Counted from the stretch's first letter, positions 1-10,507 are shown. The stretch is 64,000 nucleotides of DNA from an uncultured Candidatus Binatia bacterium (GCA_965200965.1 OZ241744.1:1632001-1696000), one strand, 5' to 3'. Numbers and translations are program-made. Notes: a model not told the origin generated them from the letters alone.

Positions 1-39
1 AGCCATTGTCAAACATCTATTTTCCCGAGGGGAGTCGAG

Positions 40-1110
40 ATGAGCGAAACGCTGAGCCAACCCGCGAGTGAAGTTCCCGCGGCCGGCCTCGTGGTCGAGT
101 TCCAGGAAACGTTTCGCCGCATCCAGTCGGAAGTGGCTCGGATCGTTGTTGGCCATGACGAACTGATTGAAAACATCTTGATCACCTTTTTTGCCGGCGG
201 CCATGTCCTGATCGAAGGGGTGCCGGGAACGGGCAAGACGCTGATCGTCCGCTCGCTGGCCGAAGCACTGAACCTCAGTTTCAGCCGGATTCAGTTTACG
301 GTTGACCTGATGCCGGCCGATGTCACTGGCACGCGTATGGTGATGGACAGCGAGGACGGCCGGCGCGAGTTTACGTTTGTCCCCGGACCGATCTTCTCCC
401 ACGTCCTGCTGGCCGACGAGATCAACCGCTCCACCCCAAAAACCCAAGCCGCGCTGCTTGAGGCGATGGCCGAACTCCAGGTAACGGTGGCCGGCACTAC
501 CCACCGCTTGGCACCGCCCTTTTTTGTCCTGGCGACGCTCAACCCAATTGAGATGGAGGGCACCTATCCGCTGCCCGAAGCCCAACTCGACCGTTTTTTC
601 TTCAAGGTTCGCCTGCGCTACCCGACCCACCAGGAAGTCCAGCGTATTATCAGCGCGACCACAGCGACCGAACTGCCCGAAATTCAGCCGGTCTTTGCGC
701 AGGACGCGGCCGCGGAAAAAATCATGGCGCTGCGCCACCTCGTGCGTGAAGTCATTGTCGCCCCGCACATAGAAGAATATATCGCTGCCCTGATTCATGC
801 CACCATTCCGGCCGAAGCGAACTATATGAGTCCCGAGGATAAGGCCACAGTCACGCTGCCTAAAGACGACAAGATCAACCGCTACGTCTCGTTTGGTTCA
901 AGCCCGCGCGGTGGCCAAACCCTGATGCTGGGGGCAAAAGTCGTGGCTCTGCTGAACGGCAGGGCCAATGTCAGCTACGACGATGTAAACCGGGTTGCCG
1001 GCCCGACGCTCAACCATCGCCTAGTGCTCAATTTTGCGGCTGAGGCGGATAACGTTGATCCTAATAGCCTGATTGAGCGCATCCTCAAAAGCGCGCGTAA
1101 ACTTCAATAG
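40..1110 (+). CDS. MoxR-family AAA+ ATPase
   Basis: Walker A GVPGTGKT, RIQFTVDLMPADVTG, LADEINR and NPIEMEGTYPLPEAQLDRF are diagnostic MoxR motifs. A GGGGAG RBS lies upstream. Confidence 0.95.
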   Translation: MSETLSQPASEVPAAGLVVEFQETFRRIQSEVARIVVGHDELIENILITFFAGGHVLIEGVPGTGKTLIVRSLAEALNLSFSRIQFTVDLMPADVTGTRMVMDSEDGRREFTFVPGPIFSHVLLADEINRSTPKTQAALLEAMAELQVTVAGTTHRLAPPFFVLATLNPIEMEGTYPLPEAQLDRFFFKVRLRYPTHQEVQRIISATTATELPEIQPVFAQDAAAEKIMALRHLVREVIVAPHIEEYIAALIHATIPAEANYMSPEDKATVTLPKDDKINRYVSFGSSPRGGQTLMLGAKVVALLNGRANVSYDDVNRVAGPTLNHRLVLNFAAEADNVDPNSLIERILKSARKLQ

Positions 1111-1123
1111 GTCGGATTCGCCC

Positions 1124-2032
1124 GTGGCCAGCCTCGATTCCGCTTTTTTTAAGACCCTGAATCGGTTTCACATTCGCGTCCGAACGGCGCGCGGCAACCG
1201 TCCTGGTGAAACCCCGATTCCCCGCACCGGCCAAGCCTCGGGCATCGAGTTTGAATCCTTCAAGGAATACTCGCCCGGGGACGATTTTCGACATCTGGAC
1301 TGGAACGCCCTGGGCCGGCTCAATCAACTCATGGTTCGAACCTTTACCGCCGAACGCGAGATTCCGTTCCACCTCTTCCTCGATACCAGCGCCTCGATGG
1401 GTGTGCCGGCCGCGGACGAGAAATTCAGGTTTGCGCTGGAGGTGATGTCAGCCCTGAGCTATGTCGTACTGGCCAGCAATAACACCGTGCGGCTGATTGC
1501 TCTGACCGTCGCCGACACAAACACGCCTCCTTTTCGGGCTACCCCGTTTCTGCGCCACCGCAATCGGTTTTTCCGTGTCGCTCCGTTTCTGGACAGCCTG
1601 TCTGCGGTCGGCAAGACCTATCTGCGAGAATCCCTCCGAGCCTATATCGGTCAAACCCTGGAACCCGGGGTGGCGATCATCATCTCGGATTTCATGACGC
1701 CGGCCGGCCACTACGAAGAGTCCCTGGCTTTTCTCAAAGCGCGCGGCTATGAGGTCAAAGTGATCCATGTCTTGGGTGCCGGCGAGTTGGAACCCAGGCA
1801 GCTCTTTCGACGCGGCAAACTGTACGATGTTGAAGACGGGGCCGAGCGCTGGATTACCCTCAGCGAGGCCAATCTGCGCCGCTACCAGGAACTCCTCCAG
1901 GCCCACCTCAGCGCCGTGCGCGACTTTTGTCACCAACACCAGATGCTGTACAGCCAGGTATCGACACACCAAACAGTGACGAGCGTGGTCAGCCAGGAAC
2001 TCACCCGGACCGGGCTGCTGACCCTACGCTAA
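1124..2032 (+). CDS. DUF58-domain protein (MoxR partner)
   Basis: EFESFKEYSPGDDFRHLDWN, LDTSASM and IISDF motifs. Directly follows moxR. GTG start at 1124 chosen to avoid overlap (ORF open from 1073). Confidence 0.9.
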   Translation: MASLDSAFFKTLNRFHIRVRTARGNRPGETPIPRTGQASGIEFESFKEYSPGDDFRHLDWNALGRLNQLMVRTFTAEREIPFHLFLDTSASMGVPAADEKFRFALEVMSALSYVVLASNNTVRLIALTVADTNTPPFRATPFLRHRNRFFRVAPFLDSLSAVGKTYLRESLRAYIGQTLEPGVAIIISDFMTPAGHYEESLAFLKARGYEVKVIHVLGAGELEPRQLFRRGKLYDVEDGAERWITLSEANLRRYQELLQAHLSAVRDFCHQHQMLYSQVSTHQTVTSVVSQELTRTGLLTLR

Positions 2033-2056
2033 GACAGTGGGCCGAGGACGCATGTC

Positions 2057-3943
2057 ATGGGTATTTTAAATCCCGCCGCCCTGCCGCTTTTTGCCCTGTT
2101 GGGTATTCTGGTCCTGGTCTACCTGCGGGAACGCTGGCGGAAACAGGTCGAGGTGTCCAGCCTGATGTTCTGGCGCGAAATCAGGGAGGATACCGTCCGT
2201 GTTCGGCGATTTTTTCCGAGCCTGCTGTTTCTGATTCAAGCCCTGCTGCTCCTCCTGTTGCTGAGCGGCCTGCTACACCCCTACCGCCCCCAGACGGTCA
2301 CTGAGGTCCGGGGCCACCGACACATTCTGGTCTTTGATGTATCGGCCAGTATGCAGGTCCGCGAGGGCAATACCCAGCGCTTTAGCTTGGCCCGCGAGCA
2401 GGCCACCCAGGTCGTGCGCTCCCTCGGACCGCTGGACGAGGTGATGCTGATCCGCGTGGCAGCCCGCCCCCGGGTGGTCAGCGGCTTCACCACCGACCAC
2501 CGGGTCTTTCTGCACCTGCTCGAATCGTTGCAGCCCGAAGACAGCACAACCAATCTCGACCTGGGGGTCGGGCTGGCCCTGGCTCAGCGCGACCGAACTG
2601 GACACCGGGCCAGCGTCCATGTCTTCACCGACGTGCCGCAGACCCAACTCAGCCTGTCCCAAGATCAACTGACGAATCTGGTGTATCATCAGGTCGGTCG
2701 CAACGATGATAATATCGCGCTGGCCGCGCTCAACCTGCACCAAAATCCGTTCCAGCACTACTCGCAGGCCCGCGCCTATATTTTGGTCCGCAATTATGCC
2801 TCGCGCACCAAGCGCGGCACCCTGACGGTCCACCTGAACGAGCGCCAGATCTTTCACCGGGCGTTCAGCCTGCCGTCCCGAGAAACCGCGTCCTTTTCGG
2901 TCAGCGACTTTCCCGAGGCCGGCCAGCTGGTCGCCCGCCTCAGCCCCGGCGACGGCCTGGCGGTTGACAACCAAGCTCTGGCCTGGGTAGCCCAGGGGCG
3001 TGAGCGTCGCCTCGTCCTGGTCTCGGCCACCGCCAGCCTGCGCCGCGAACTGCAGCAGGTCAGCCGCTCAATTCCGAACCTCAGCCTTACCGCGATCACG
3101 CCGGAGGAGTTTTCCACCCTCAGTCTGGACGCCCAGGATATCATCCTGTTTCACCAGTTTGTCCCCAGCCCGGCGGTTGTCGCCAGCAGTTTGTACGTCT
3201 TCCCCCCCCTGAACAATCCGCTCTTTCCGGTCGTTGCCGAAGCAGAAGACCTGAGCATCCTGGACTGGCGCGAAAGCCACCAGATCCTGCACAACCTCCA
3301 GTATGTTGACGCCCTGCCGCTCAAGAAAGCCCGTGTGCTGGCCCTGCCGTCGTGGGCCCAGGTCTTGATCTCGTCTCGGACCGATACCGGCGAAGTGCCG
3401 CTGGCGTTGACCGGTGAAAAAGATGGCTACCGGGTGGTGTGCCTGGCCTTTGACCTGGGCCGGGGGAATCTGACCGACTCCGATAATCTGAGCCTGCTGC
3501 TCCTTTTTCTGAACGCGGTGCGTTGGTTGCTGCCACCAGACCCCAGCGTACCGGCCCTGACCACGCCCGGTGAGACCTTCTTTGTGCCGGCCTCTGTTGC
3601 CGTTGAAACGCTTGAGCTGACCCTGCCCAACGGCGAAACGCGACCGGCCAAAGCCGCCGCAATTGAGATTCCACATGTGGGTGCCTACCGGCTGCAAAAC
3701 GGCGACTACCAAGCCATATGGTACGCCAACCTGTTTGACGAAATCGAGTCGGACATCGGACGCTACGCTCAACCCGATCGGAGTTCAGAGACGGTTTCAA
3801 CGCTCCTGGAGACCTCCGAGGCTCCCCAAGAGGTCAGTCGCACGATGCCGATTGAGTTTGGCCAATTGCTGTATTACGCCGCGGCAGCGCTGCTGTTTGT
3901 AGAATGGCTATACGCGCTGTGGTGCTATGCGAGGGCACAATGA
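2057..3943 (+). CDS. BatA-like N-terminal double-TM plus VWA-domain membrane protein
   Basis: N-terminal MGILNP...VSSLMFW BatA-type signature, MIDAS DVSASM, VFTD motif and a C-terminal TM helix. Confidence 0.85.
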   Translation: MGILNPAALPLFALLGILVLVYLRERWRKQVEVSSLMFWREIREDTVRVRRFFPSLLFLIQALLLLLLLSGLLHPYRPQTVTEVRGHRHILVFDVSASMQVREGNTQRFSLAREQATQVVRSLGPLDEVMLIRVAARPRVVSGFTTDHRVFLHLLESLQPEDSTTNLDLGVGLALAQRDRTGHRASVHVFTDVPQTQLSLSQDQLTNLVYHQVGRNDDNIALAALNLHQNPFQHYSQARAYILVRNYASRTKRGTLTVHLNERQIFHRAFSLPSRETASFSVSDFPEAGQLVARLSPGDGLAVDNQALAWVAQGRERRLVLVSATASLRRELQQVSRSIPNLSLTAITPEEFSTLSLDAQDIILFHQFVPSPAVVASSLYVFPPLNNPLFPVVAEAEDLSILDWRESHQILHNLQYVDALPLKKARVLALPSWAQVLISSRTDTGEVPLALTGEKDGYRVVCLAFDLGRGNLTDSDNLSLLLLFLNAVRWLLPPDPSVPALTTPGETFFVPASVAVETLELTLPNGETRPAKAAAIEIPHVGAYRLQNGDYQAIWYANLFDEIESDIGRYAQPDRSSETVSTLLETSEAPQEVSRTMPIEFGQLLYYAAAALLFVEWLYALWCYARAQ

Positions 3944-6603
3944 GCTACGATATCTTTGGACGCAGCTATGTCTTCTTTGACCCAGGCTGGTTCTGGCTGT
4001 TGGCCCTGCTCCCGTTGCTGTGGCTCCCGCTCTTCTGGCAGCGCGGCCGGGGCGTGTTATTCAGCGCCGTTGTCCTCCGAACCCTGGCCGCGGTCGCCCT
4101 GGTTGCCGCCCTGGCCGGCCTCAACCTCCAGACCACCCTGTCCGAGCATACCCTCGCCCTTGTAGCGGCCCTTGATACGTCCGACAGCATCTCGCGGGAG
4201 GGCCGCCGGTGGATGAACGACTACCTGGCCCAGCTGCGCGGCTATCTGACCGCCGACGACGAGTTTGCCGCGCTGGCATTTGCCACCGACACCACCCTGC
4301 TCGTCCCGCCCGGGCCACCGACCTCGGTCAGCCTAAGCCTTGACCCGGACGAGACCCACACCGGCGGCGGGACCAATATCGCCGAAGCCCTGGAGCGGGT
4401 GTTTGCTCTCTACCCCGAGCAGGCCCAAAAGCGCCTGCTGCTGCTGACCGACGGCAATGAGACAAGCGGTTCGGCCCGCCAGCATGTAGCCCTGGCGCGC
4501 CAAATGGGCGTGACTATTTTCCCGGTCATCCCGCCCTCGGGGCAACAGCCCGAAATCTCCCTGGAGAAATTCGTCACCCCCCCCCTGGTGCGCGAGGGTA
4601 GCGTGTTTACCCTGCGTTTGGTGGTCCGCAACGGGAATACACAGACGGCTGGGGGCCGGGTGATCATCCACGCCAACAGGGACCGGCTGACCAGCCAGGC
4701 GGTACAGCTCGGGCCCGGCCTGTCGGTTTTTGAAGTCCCAGCCCAGATCATGCAGCCCGGCAACTATCTGCTGCGGGTCGAGATCAAGGCCAAGCCGGAT
4801 ACCGTAGCCGGCAATAACCGCCAACACGCCACCCTAGCCGTCTCGGGCAAGGTGCGCTCCCTGATCATTACCGACAACCCGCGTACCCACTTGGCCCGCG
4901 CCCTCCAGCTCAAGGAAGTCGATATTGAGTTTCGCCGTCCCGAGGGCTTACCGACCAGGTTGTCAGATCTGCTCAATTACCACTGCCTGGTGTTTGACGA
5001 TATCGGTCGGGGCGGTATCACCGACCGACAGATGCGCGTTATCGAGCGCTATGTGCGCGATTTTGGTGGCGGCTTTCTGATGGCCGGCGGCACCCGCTCT
5101 TTTGGCGATCTGGCCTTTCGAGATACGCCGGTTGAGCGAATCCTACCCATCACCTTCCAGGAGCAACCGCCGCCCAAACCCCAAAAGCTCAAAAAGAAAC
5201 GCATCCCGATTGCGCTCTTCCTCATCATCGATCGCTCCAACAGCATGGGCTACAACAGCAAGGTCCGGGGGCTGCATGACGGCCAGAAAATGCACTACGC
5301 GCAACAGGCGGCCCTGGCCGTACTGCGTCAACTCAAGGATAACGATCTGGCCGGGGCAGTCGCATTTGATTCAGAAGCCTACGTCCTGTCCACCCTGAAA
5401 CCCCTGTCCCAGAATCGAGGCGAGTTGAACGACAAGATCGAACGCCTCCAGTACGGGGGCGGCACCGACTTTTTCAGAGCCCTGGAAATGGCGGCTGACC
5501 AGTTGGGACGGACCCGTCGGACGATCCGCCACATTATCCTCCTGACCGACGGGGACACCAACCGCAGCCCCGCCGACCATTACCCCTTGATCAATCTGAT
5601 TACCCAGCGGCAGATTTCGATTACCACGATCCGCATCGGGGCGGACACCGTCAATCTTCGGCTGTTGTCCTATATGTCCGAAAAAACCAAGGGGCGTTTC
5701 TATCATGTCTCCGATGTGACAAAGCTCCCCCAGCTGCTGGTCAAAGACACCAGGCAGACCATCGGCGAGGACGACGAGGAAGATGAAGAGGAGCAGGGAC
5801 CCAAAGAGATCCAGCCCCTGGTCGGGGTCCGCGGCCAGATTCTGCGCGGCTTGAAGGACTTTCCCGACCTTGACGAATACATGCTCACCAACCCCAAGCA
5901 AGGGGCAAAGGTTCAGCTCTATACCGATGCCAAAGAAGAACGCGACCCGATTCTGGCCACCTGGCAGTACGGGCTTGGTAAGGTCGTGGCCGTCACCTTT
6001 GACCCCAGCGGCAGCGGGGCGGGCGAGTGGATTCGCTGGCCGGGTTTCGGCAAGTTCTGGTCGCAGGCCGTGCGCTGGTCAATGCGAGACGAGGCCGCCT
6101 GGGAGTATCGGATCAGTACGCCCCAGCGGCACAACCGGACCGTGCTGCGGGTTGAGTCGTATGACAGCGACCAGAGCGGCCTGTTACAGGCCCGCCTGCC
6201 CCGAGGCTCAACCAGTGATCTCATCACCCTGATGCCGGTCGCCCCGCGGGTGTATGAGGCGGTCATGGCACGGCGGCACCAGGGGAGTTTTCCGGTCACG
6301 CTCATCAAGCGCAAAGGCGGCAAAGTCGTCAACCAGAAGACCCAAACCGTAATGGTGAGCCGCACGGCCGATGCCTCACTCGACGAGTACCGCCAGCAGC
6401 ACCCCAACCGCGCCCTGCTCCGCGCCCTGGCCGAGGGCAGCGGTGGCAAGCTCAACCCCAACCCCCAAGAACTGGTTGCCCAAAAGCGGGAGGGCAAACG
6501 CAAGCATCTGCATCCGATGGACAACATCATGATTATTGCCGCGGTCTTCCTGCTCCTCGGAGACATCAGCCTGCGCACCCTGTTCGGGCCACCGGCCGAA
6601 TAG
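3940..6603 (+). CDS. Membrane protein with two VWA domains and a glutamine-amidotransferase-like domain
   Basis: MIDAS motifs DTSDS and DRSNS, two LLTDG, GGGFLMAGG and WQYGLGKV..F...W..W..F..FW. ATG overlaps the upstream stop (ATGA). Confidence 0.85.
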   Translation: MSYDIFGRSYVFFDPGWFWLLALLPLLWLPLFWQRGRGVLFSAVVLRTLAAVALVAALAGLNLQTTLSEHTLALVAALDTSDSISREGRRWMNDYLAQLRGYLTADDEFAALAFATDTTLLVPPGPPTSVSLSLDPDETHTGGGTNIAEALERVFALYPEQAQKRLLLLTDGNETSGSARQHVALARQMGVTIFPVIPPSGQQPEISLEKFVTPPLVREGSVFTLRLVVRNGNTQTAGGRVIIHANRDRLTSQAVQLGPGLSVFEVPAQIMQPGNYLLRVEIKAKPDTVAGNNRQHATLAVSGKVRSLIITDNPRTHLARALQLKEVDIEFRRPEGLPTRLSDLLNYHCLVFDDIGRGGITDRQMRVIERYVRDFGGGFLMAGGTRSFGDLAFRDTPVERILPITFQEQPPPKPQKLKKKRIPIALFLIIDRSNSMGYNSKVRGLHDGQKMHYAQQAALAVLRQLKDNDLAGAVAFDSEAYVLSTLKPLSQNRGELNDKIERLQYGGGTDFFRALEMAADQLGRTRRTIRHIILLTDGDTNRSPADHYPLINLITQRQISITTIRIGADTVNLRLLSYMSEKTKGRFYHVSDVTKLPQLLVKDTRQTIGEDDEEDEEEQGPKEIQPLVGVRGQILRGLKDFPDLDEYMLTNPKQGAKVQLYTDAKEERDPILATWQYGLGKVVAVTFDPSGSGAGEWIRWPGFGKFWSQAVRWSMRDEAAWEYRISTPQRHNRTVLRVESYDSDQSGLLQARLPRGSTSDLITLMPVAPRVYEAVMARRHQGSFPVTLIKRKGGKVVNQKTQTVMVSRTADASLDEYRQQHPNRALLRALAEGSGGKLNPNPQELVAQKREGKRKHLHPMDNIMIIAAVFLLLGDISLRTLFGPPAE

Positions 6604-6637
6604 CCGGCCCGCATCAACAAGAGGATCAAGCAAGGCA

Positions 6638-6949
6638 ATGAAACGTAGGTTCCTGGGCTTGGCGTGGTGTCTGACGCTTGGCGCGTGTTCGCTGTGGCCT
6701 TTTGGCCCAGAAAACGCAGACCACCTCATCGGCCGGCGGTACATCGAAGAGAATGTCCGCTCAGAGATGCCGGTCTACGCCAGCCCACAAGACGTGGAGC
6801 CCAGAGAGGGAGACGTGGTCGTCAAGCCGGGCCTGTTCGCCCGCCTGAACCCCTTCGCCGATTCGGACGACGAAGACGAGGAAGCACCCGGCCCACCCCC
6901 TGGGGCCGAAGACGACGACAGCCTGTTCCGTCGCTTCCTGCCGTTTTAG
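6638..6949 (+). CDS. Small putative lipoprotein
   Basis: MKRR, a hydrophobic stretch and lipobox LGAC, followed by an acidic/proline-rich low-complexity body. Confidence 0.65.
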   Translation: MKRRFLGLAWCLTLGACSLWPFGPENADHLIGRRYIEENVRSEMPVYASPQDVEPREGDVVVKPGLFARLNPFADSDDEDEEAPGPPPGAEDDDSLFRRFLPF

Positions 6950-6955
6950 GGGAAC

Positions 6956-9181
6956 ATGGTGATGGTCAGGCTCAGCGACCAGGAGAAGCAGGAGGTCGTC
7001 CGCTACTTGGAGGCGGACCGCCCTTTGCCGGACAAGTACCGCTTCCTGCTGTTTGAGGACAAGCGCGAAGTCGAGTTAGTCTGGAATGGCAAGACTCACG
7101 AAGTCTGCACTATCGTGCTGCCATTTCAGACCATTGAGCACGTCGATGAGCCACGGGCGGAAAAACCAGAGGACACCAAAGCCCAGATGGCCCTGTTTGA
7201 TGCGCGGGGAAGACAGCGAAAAGGCTGGACCAACAAGCTCATCTGGGGCGATAACAAGCTGATTCTGTCGTCCCTGAAGGACGGGCCGCTCCGCGGGGAG
7301 ATTGAGCAGCAGGGCGGCCTCAAGCTGATCTACATCGATCCGCCCTTCGACGTAGGCGCGGATTTTTCAATGGACATTGAGGTGGGCGGCGATACGCTCA
7401 CCAAAAGGCCCAACATCCTGGAAGAAATAGCTTACCGCGATACCTGGGGCAAAGGCGCAGATTCCTTCATCGCCATGATCTATGAGCGGCTGGTGCTGAT
7501 GCGGGATCTGCTGGCCGAGGACGGCAGCATCTATGTGCATTGTGACTGGCGCCTTGACCACCACATTCGTGAAGTTCTGGATGAAGCGTTCGGCGAGAGC
7601 GGGTATAGAAACACGCTTGGGTGGCGGAGAGACGCAGCAGGAAAAGGAGCAAAGGGGAAATCACGCCAATTACCGCGCAACACCGACACGATTCTGTTCT
7701 ATTCTAAATCCAAGGGATGGATATTCAATCAGCCGTTCAAAGCTCTCAATAAAGATCAAGAGGCTGCCTACCGCTATACCGAAAAGGATACCGGACGACT
7801 CTATAAAGCCGTACAACTGGGGGACTATTCCGAAAAATCTATCGCTAAAATGGAGTCCGAAGGACTCATTCATGTATCTAGCACTGGTCAGAAGTACAAA
7901 AAATACTATCTGGACGAAGCCCAGGCTGCCGTTGATTCCCTTTGGACAGACATTCTTGGATTTGGGACACGCACAGCATCAGGTGAAATTACTGGCTACG
8001 CGACTCAAAAACCCGAAGCCCTGCTTGAACGCATCATCAAAGCCTCGTCCAACGAAGGCGACCTTGTTGCCGACTTCTTCTGCGGCTCGGGTACTATGGC
8101 CGCAGTGGCGGAAAAGCTGGGCCGCAAGTGGATGTGCGCTGACCTCGGCAAATTCGCCATTCACACCACACGCAAACGCATGATCGGCGTACAGCGGCAG
8201 TTGAAAGCCGAGGGCAGGGACTACCGCGCCTTTGAAATCCTCAACCTCGGCAAGTACGAACGGCAGCACTTTGTCGGCCTCAACCCCAACCTGCGCGAGG
8301 AAGAACAGCGGCATCAGGCAGAGGCAAAGGAAACCGCCTTCCTTGACCTGATTCTCAAAGCCTACCGGGCGGAGCGGGTGGAAAACTTTGCCGCCTTCCA
8401 CGGCACAAAGGCCGGCCGGCTTGTCACTGTGGGGCCGGTGAATCTGCCCGTCACCCGGCTGTTTGTGGAAGAGATCATGCTTGAGTGTCGGAAAAAGCGC
8501 ATCACCAAGGTGGACATTCTCGGCTTCGAGTTCGAGATGGGCCTGTTCCCCAATGTCCTCGACGAGGCGCGGGCCAAGGGTATTGACATCGCGCCCAAGT
8601 ACATCCCTGCCGAGGTTTTCGACAAGCGGGCGGTAGAGAAGAACCAGGTCGTCTTTCACGATGTATCGTTCATTGAGGTCAGGCCGCGTGTCAAAACCGG
8701 CAAGAAAACCCAGCCGGCCACGGTGGCAATTGAACTGACAGACTTCTCGGTGTTCTACTCGCAGGACTCGATTGCCAACGCTGAGGCCGCACTCACGGCA
8801 AGCACCAAGGCCGGCAGCAAGATCGTGGTTGAACACGGCCAGATTGTCAGGCTGTCCAAAGACGGGAGCGGCAGTGTCACCCGCGAGCCGCTGACCCGCC
8901 ATTGGACGGACTGGATTGACTACTGGTCTGTAGACTTTGATTTTGAGAGCAAACGTGAGATCATCAGCGTACAGAATCCTGAAACAGGGGCAATTGAAGA
9001 ACAGTGGACCGGAGATTTCATCTTCGAGAACGAGTGGCAGAGCTTCCGCACCAGAAAAGACCGCCGTCTGGAGTTGACAAGCGTCGCCCACGAATGCCGC
9101 CCGGGTCGGCGCAAAATTGCGGTGAAGGTCGTGGACATCTTCGGCAATGACACCATGACCATCGTAGAGGTAACGGTGTGA
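6956..9181 (+). CDS. mod: Type III R-M modification methyltransferase (Mod, beta-class N6-adenine MTase)
   Basis: NKLIWGDN, catalytic IYIDPPF, YATQKPEALLERII, SAM-binding DFFCGSGT and C-terminal IAVKVVDIFGND. Linked to the res gene. Confidence 0.9.
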   Translation: MVMVRLSDQEKQEVVRYLEADRPLPDKYRFLLFEDKREVELVWNGKTHEVCTIVLPFQTIEHVDEPRAEKPEDTKAQMALFDARGRQRKGWTNKLIWGDNKLILSSLKDGPLRGEIEQQGGLKLIYIDPPFDVGADFSMDIEVGGDTLTKRPNILEEIAYRDTWGKGADSFIAMIYERLVLMRDLLAEDGSIYVHCDWRLDHHIREVLDEAFGESGYRNTLGWRRDAAGKGAKGKSRQLPRNTDTILFYSKSKGWIFNQPFKALNKDQEAAYRYTEKDTGRLYKAVQLGDYSEKSIAKMESEGLIHVSSTGQKYKKYYLDEAQAAVDSLWTDILGFGTRTASGEITGYATQKPEALLERIIKASSNEGDLVADFFCGSGTMAAVAEKLGRKWMCADLGKFAIHTTRKRMIGVQRQLKAEGRDYRAFEILNLGKYERQHFVGLNPNLREEEQRHQAEAKETAFLDLILKAYRAERVENFAAFHGTKAGRLVTVGPVNLPVTRLFVEEIMLECRKKRITKVDILGFEFEMGLFPNVLDEARAKGIDIAPKYIPAEVFDKRAVEKNQVVFHDVSFIEVRPRVKTGKKTQPATVAIELTDFSVFYSQDSIANAEAALTASTKAGSKIVVEHGQIVRLSKDGSGSVTREPLTRHWTDWIDYWSVDFDFESKREIISVQNPETGAIEEQWTGDFIFENEWQSFRTRKDRRLELTSVAHECRPGRRKIAVKVVDIFGNDTMTIVEVTV

Positions 9182-10500
9182 ATATCCGAAAGCTGACAAT
9201 CGAAGATGTCCGCTGCTTCGCCGGCAGACAAGAGTTCAACATCCGCCCCTTGACCTTTCTGGTCGGCGAGAACAGCACTGGAAAATCTACCGTGCTCGGC
9301 TGTTTTCAAACACTGCACAGCTTTATCGGGTCGAGAACATATCGAACAGATTTGGACTTCAACGCCGATCCGTACCAGATGGGCGCGTTTGCGGACATTG
9401 TAAGGAAATCCAGCCCTCGGAAGAAAAGTTTTCTATTGGGCTTTGAATTCCAATCTGAAAATAGGAGGATCGAGTATTTTGCGAAGCTGACAGAAAAAGG
9501 CTCCGAACCCGTTATCCAGGAACAGAAGATTATTTTCCCTGGCAATGAGATCGTCCTTGTCAAGGAAGAACAAGACGCTGAACAGTTGGACGAAAACGAC
9601 AGTGCCCGTCGCGAGTTCAAAGTTGTCGATTTTTCCGAAGAGGACGGAAACAAAAAATTTCGCGTCAGAGTACTTTTGCCCTTTTTTGGTGTGAGTGCCT
9701 TTACAATGCTGGGGTACTCGCGCTACATATTTCGAGAAGACCCAAAGAAGCTACCGCCCAAAGAAGAAAAGTTTCGTCTTTGTATAGAAGAATTCTCTAA
9801 ATTGGGAGATATTGAGGACGCATGGGGCAGCTATAGTTTTGCGCCAATACGTTCCAAGCCGCAGCGGACCTACGATCCCTTGAAAGAAAATATCAACCCT
9901 GAGGGGAGCGATATCCCAATGGTCCTCAGGGATATATCTCAGTCAGCAGATAAGGAGAGGTGGGAAAAACTCAAGGAGGGGTTGATCGAATTCGGCAAAT
10001 CGTCGGGGTTGTTTGCAAATATTCATGTCAGAAGGTTCGGAAAGTCTATGGGCGACCCCTTTCAACTGCAAATCAAGGTCAGGGGACCAAAAGCCAATAT
10101 GATAGATGTCGGGTATGGCGTAAACCAGGTGTTGCCTATTTTGGTGCGTTTGCTCGCCGATCCTCGAACGACGATATTTCTGATGCAGCAACCGGAGGTC
10201 CACTTGCACCCCAAAGGTCAAGCAGAACTGTCATCCCTGTTAGTCAATCTTCTCAAACGTCAGAGACGCAATTTTGTTATTGAAACCCACAGCGACTATA
10301 TGGTTGACCGCGCCCGCATCGAAATCATGAAAAAGAGAATTGCGCCGGAAGACGTTTCACTCATTTATCTGGAGCCGGCCGGCAATCAGGTCAAGGTTCA
10401 TAACATCACGTTTGACGAACAGGCGAACCTGCTCAAGGTACCAGCCAGCTACCGGGACTTCTTTCTCAAAGAATCGGACAAGCTGCTCGGTCTTGATTGA
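9178..10500 (+). CDS. ABC-type (AAA_21/DUF3696-like) ATPase
   Basis: Walker A GENSTGKS, signature-like VGYGVNQVLP, Walker B region LMQQPEVHLHP and H-loop IETHS. GTGA overlap with the mod stop. Confidence 0.85.
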   Translation: MNIRKLTIEDVRCFAGRQEFNIRPLTFLVGENSTGKSTVLGCFQTLHSFIGSRTYRTDLDFNADPYQMGAFADIVRKSSPRKKSFLLGFEFQSENRRIEYFAKLTEKGSEPVIQEQKIIFPGNEIVLVKEEQDAEQLDENDSARREFKVVDFSEEDGNKKFRVRVLLPFFGVSAFTMLGYSRYIFREDPKKLPPKEEKFRLCIEEFSKLGDIEDAWGSYSFAPIRSKPQRTYDPLKENINPEGSDIPMVLRDISQSADKERWEKLKEGLIEFGKSSGLFANIHVRRFGKSMGDPFQLQIKVRGPKANMIDVGYGVNQVLPILVRLLADPRTTIFLMQQPEVHLHPKGQAELSSLLVNLLKRQRRNFVIETHSDYMVDRARIEIMKKRIAPEDVSLIYLEPAGNQVKVHNITFDEQANLLKVPASYRDFFLKESDKLLGLD

Positions 10501-10507
10501 GGGCGAA

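Noticed and set aside
40-6603. MoxR-DUF58-VWA cluster as a novel system
   Set aside because: This is a widespread, already described operon architecture.
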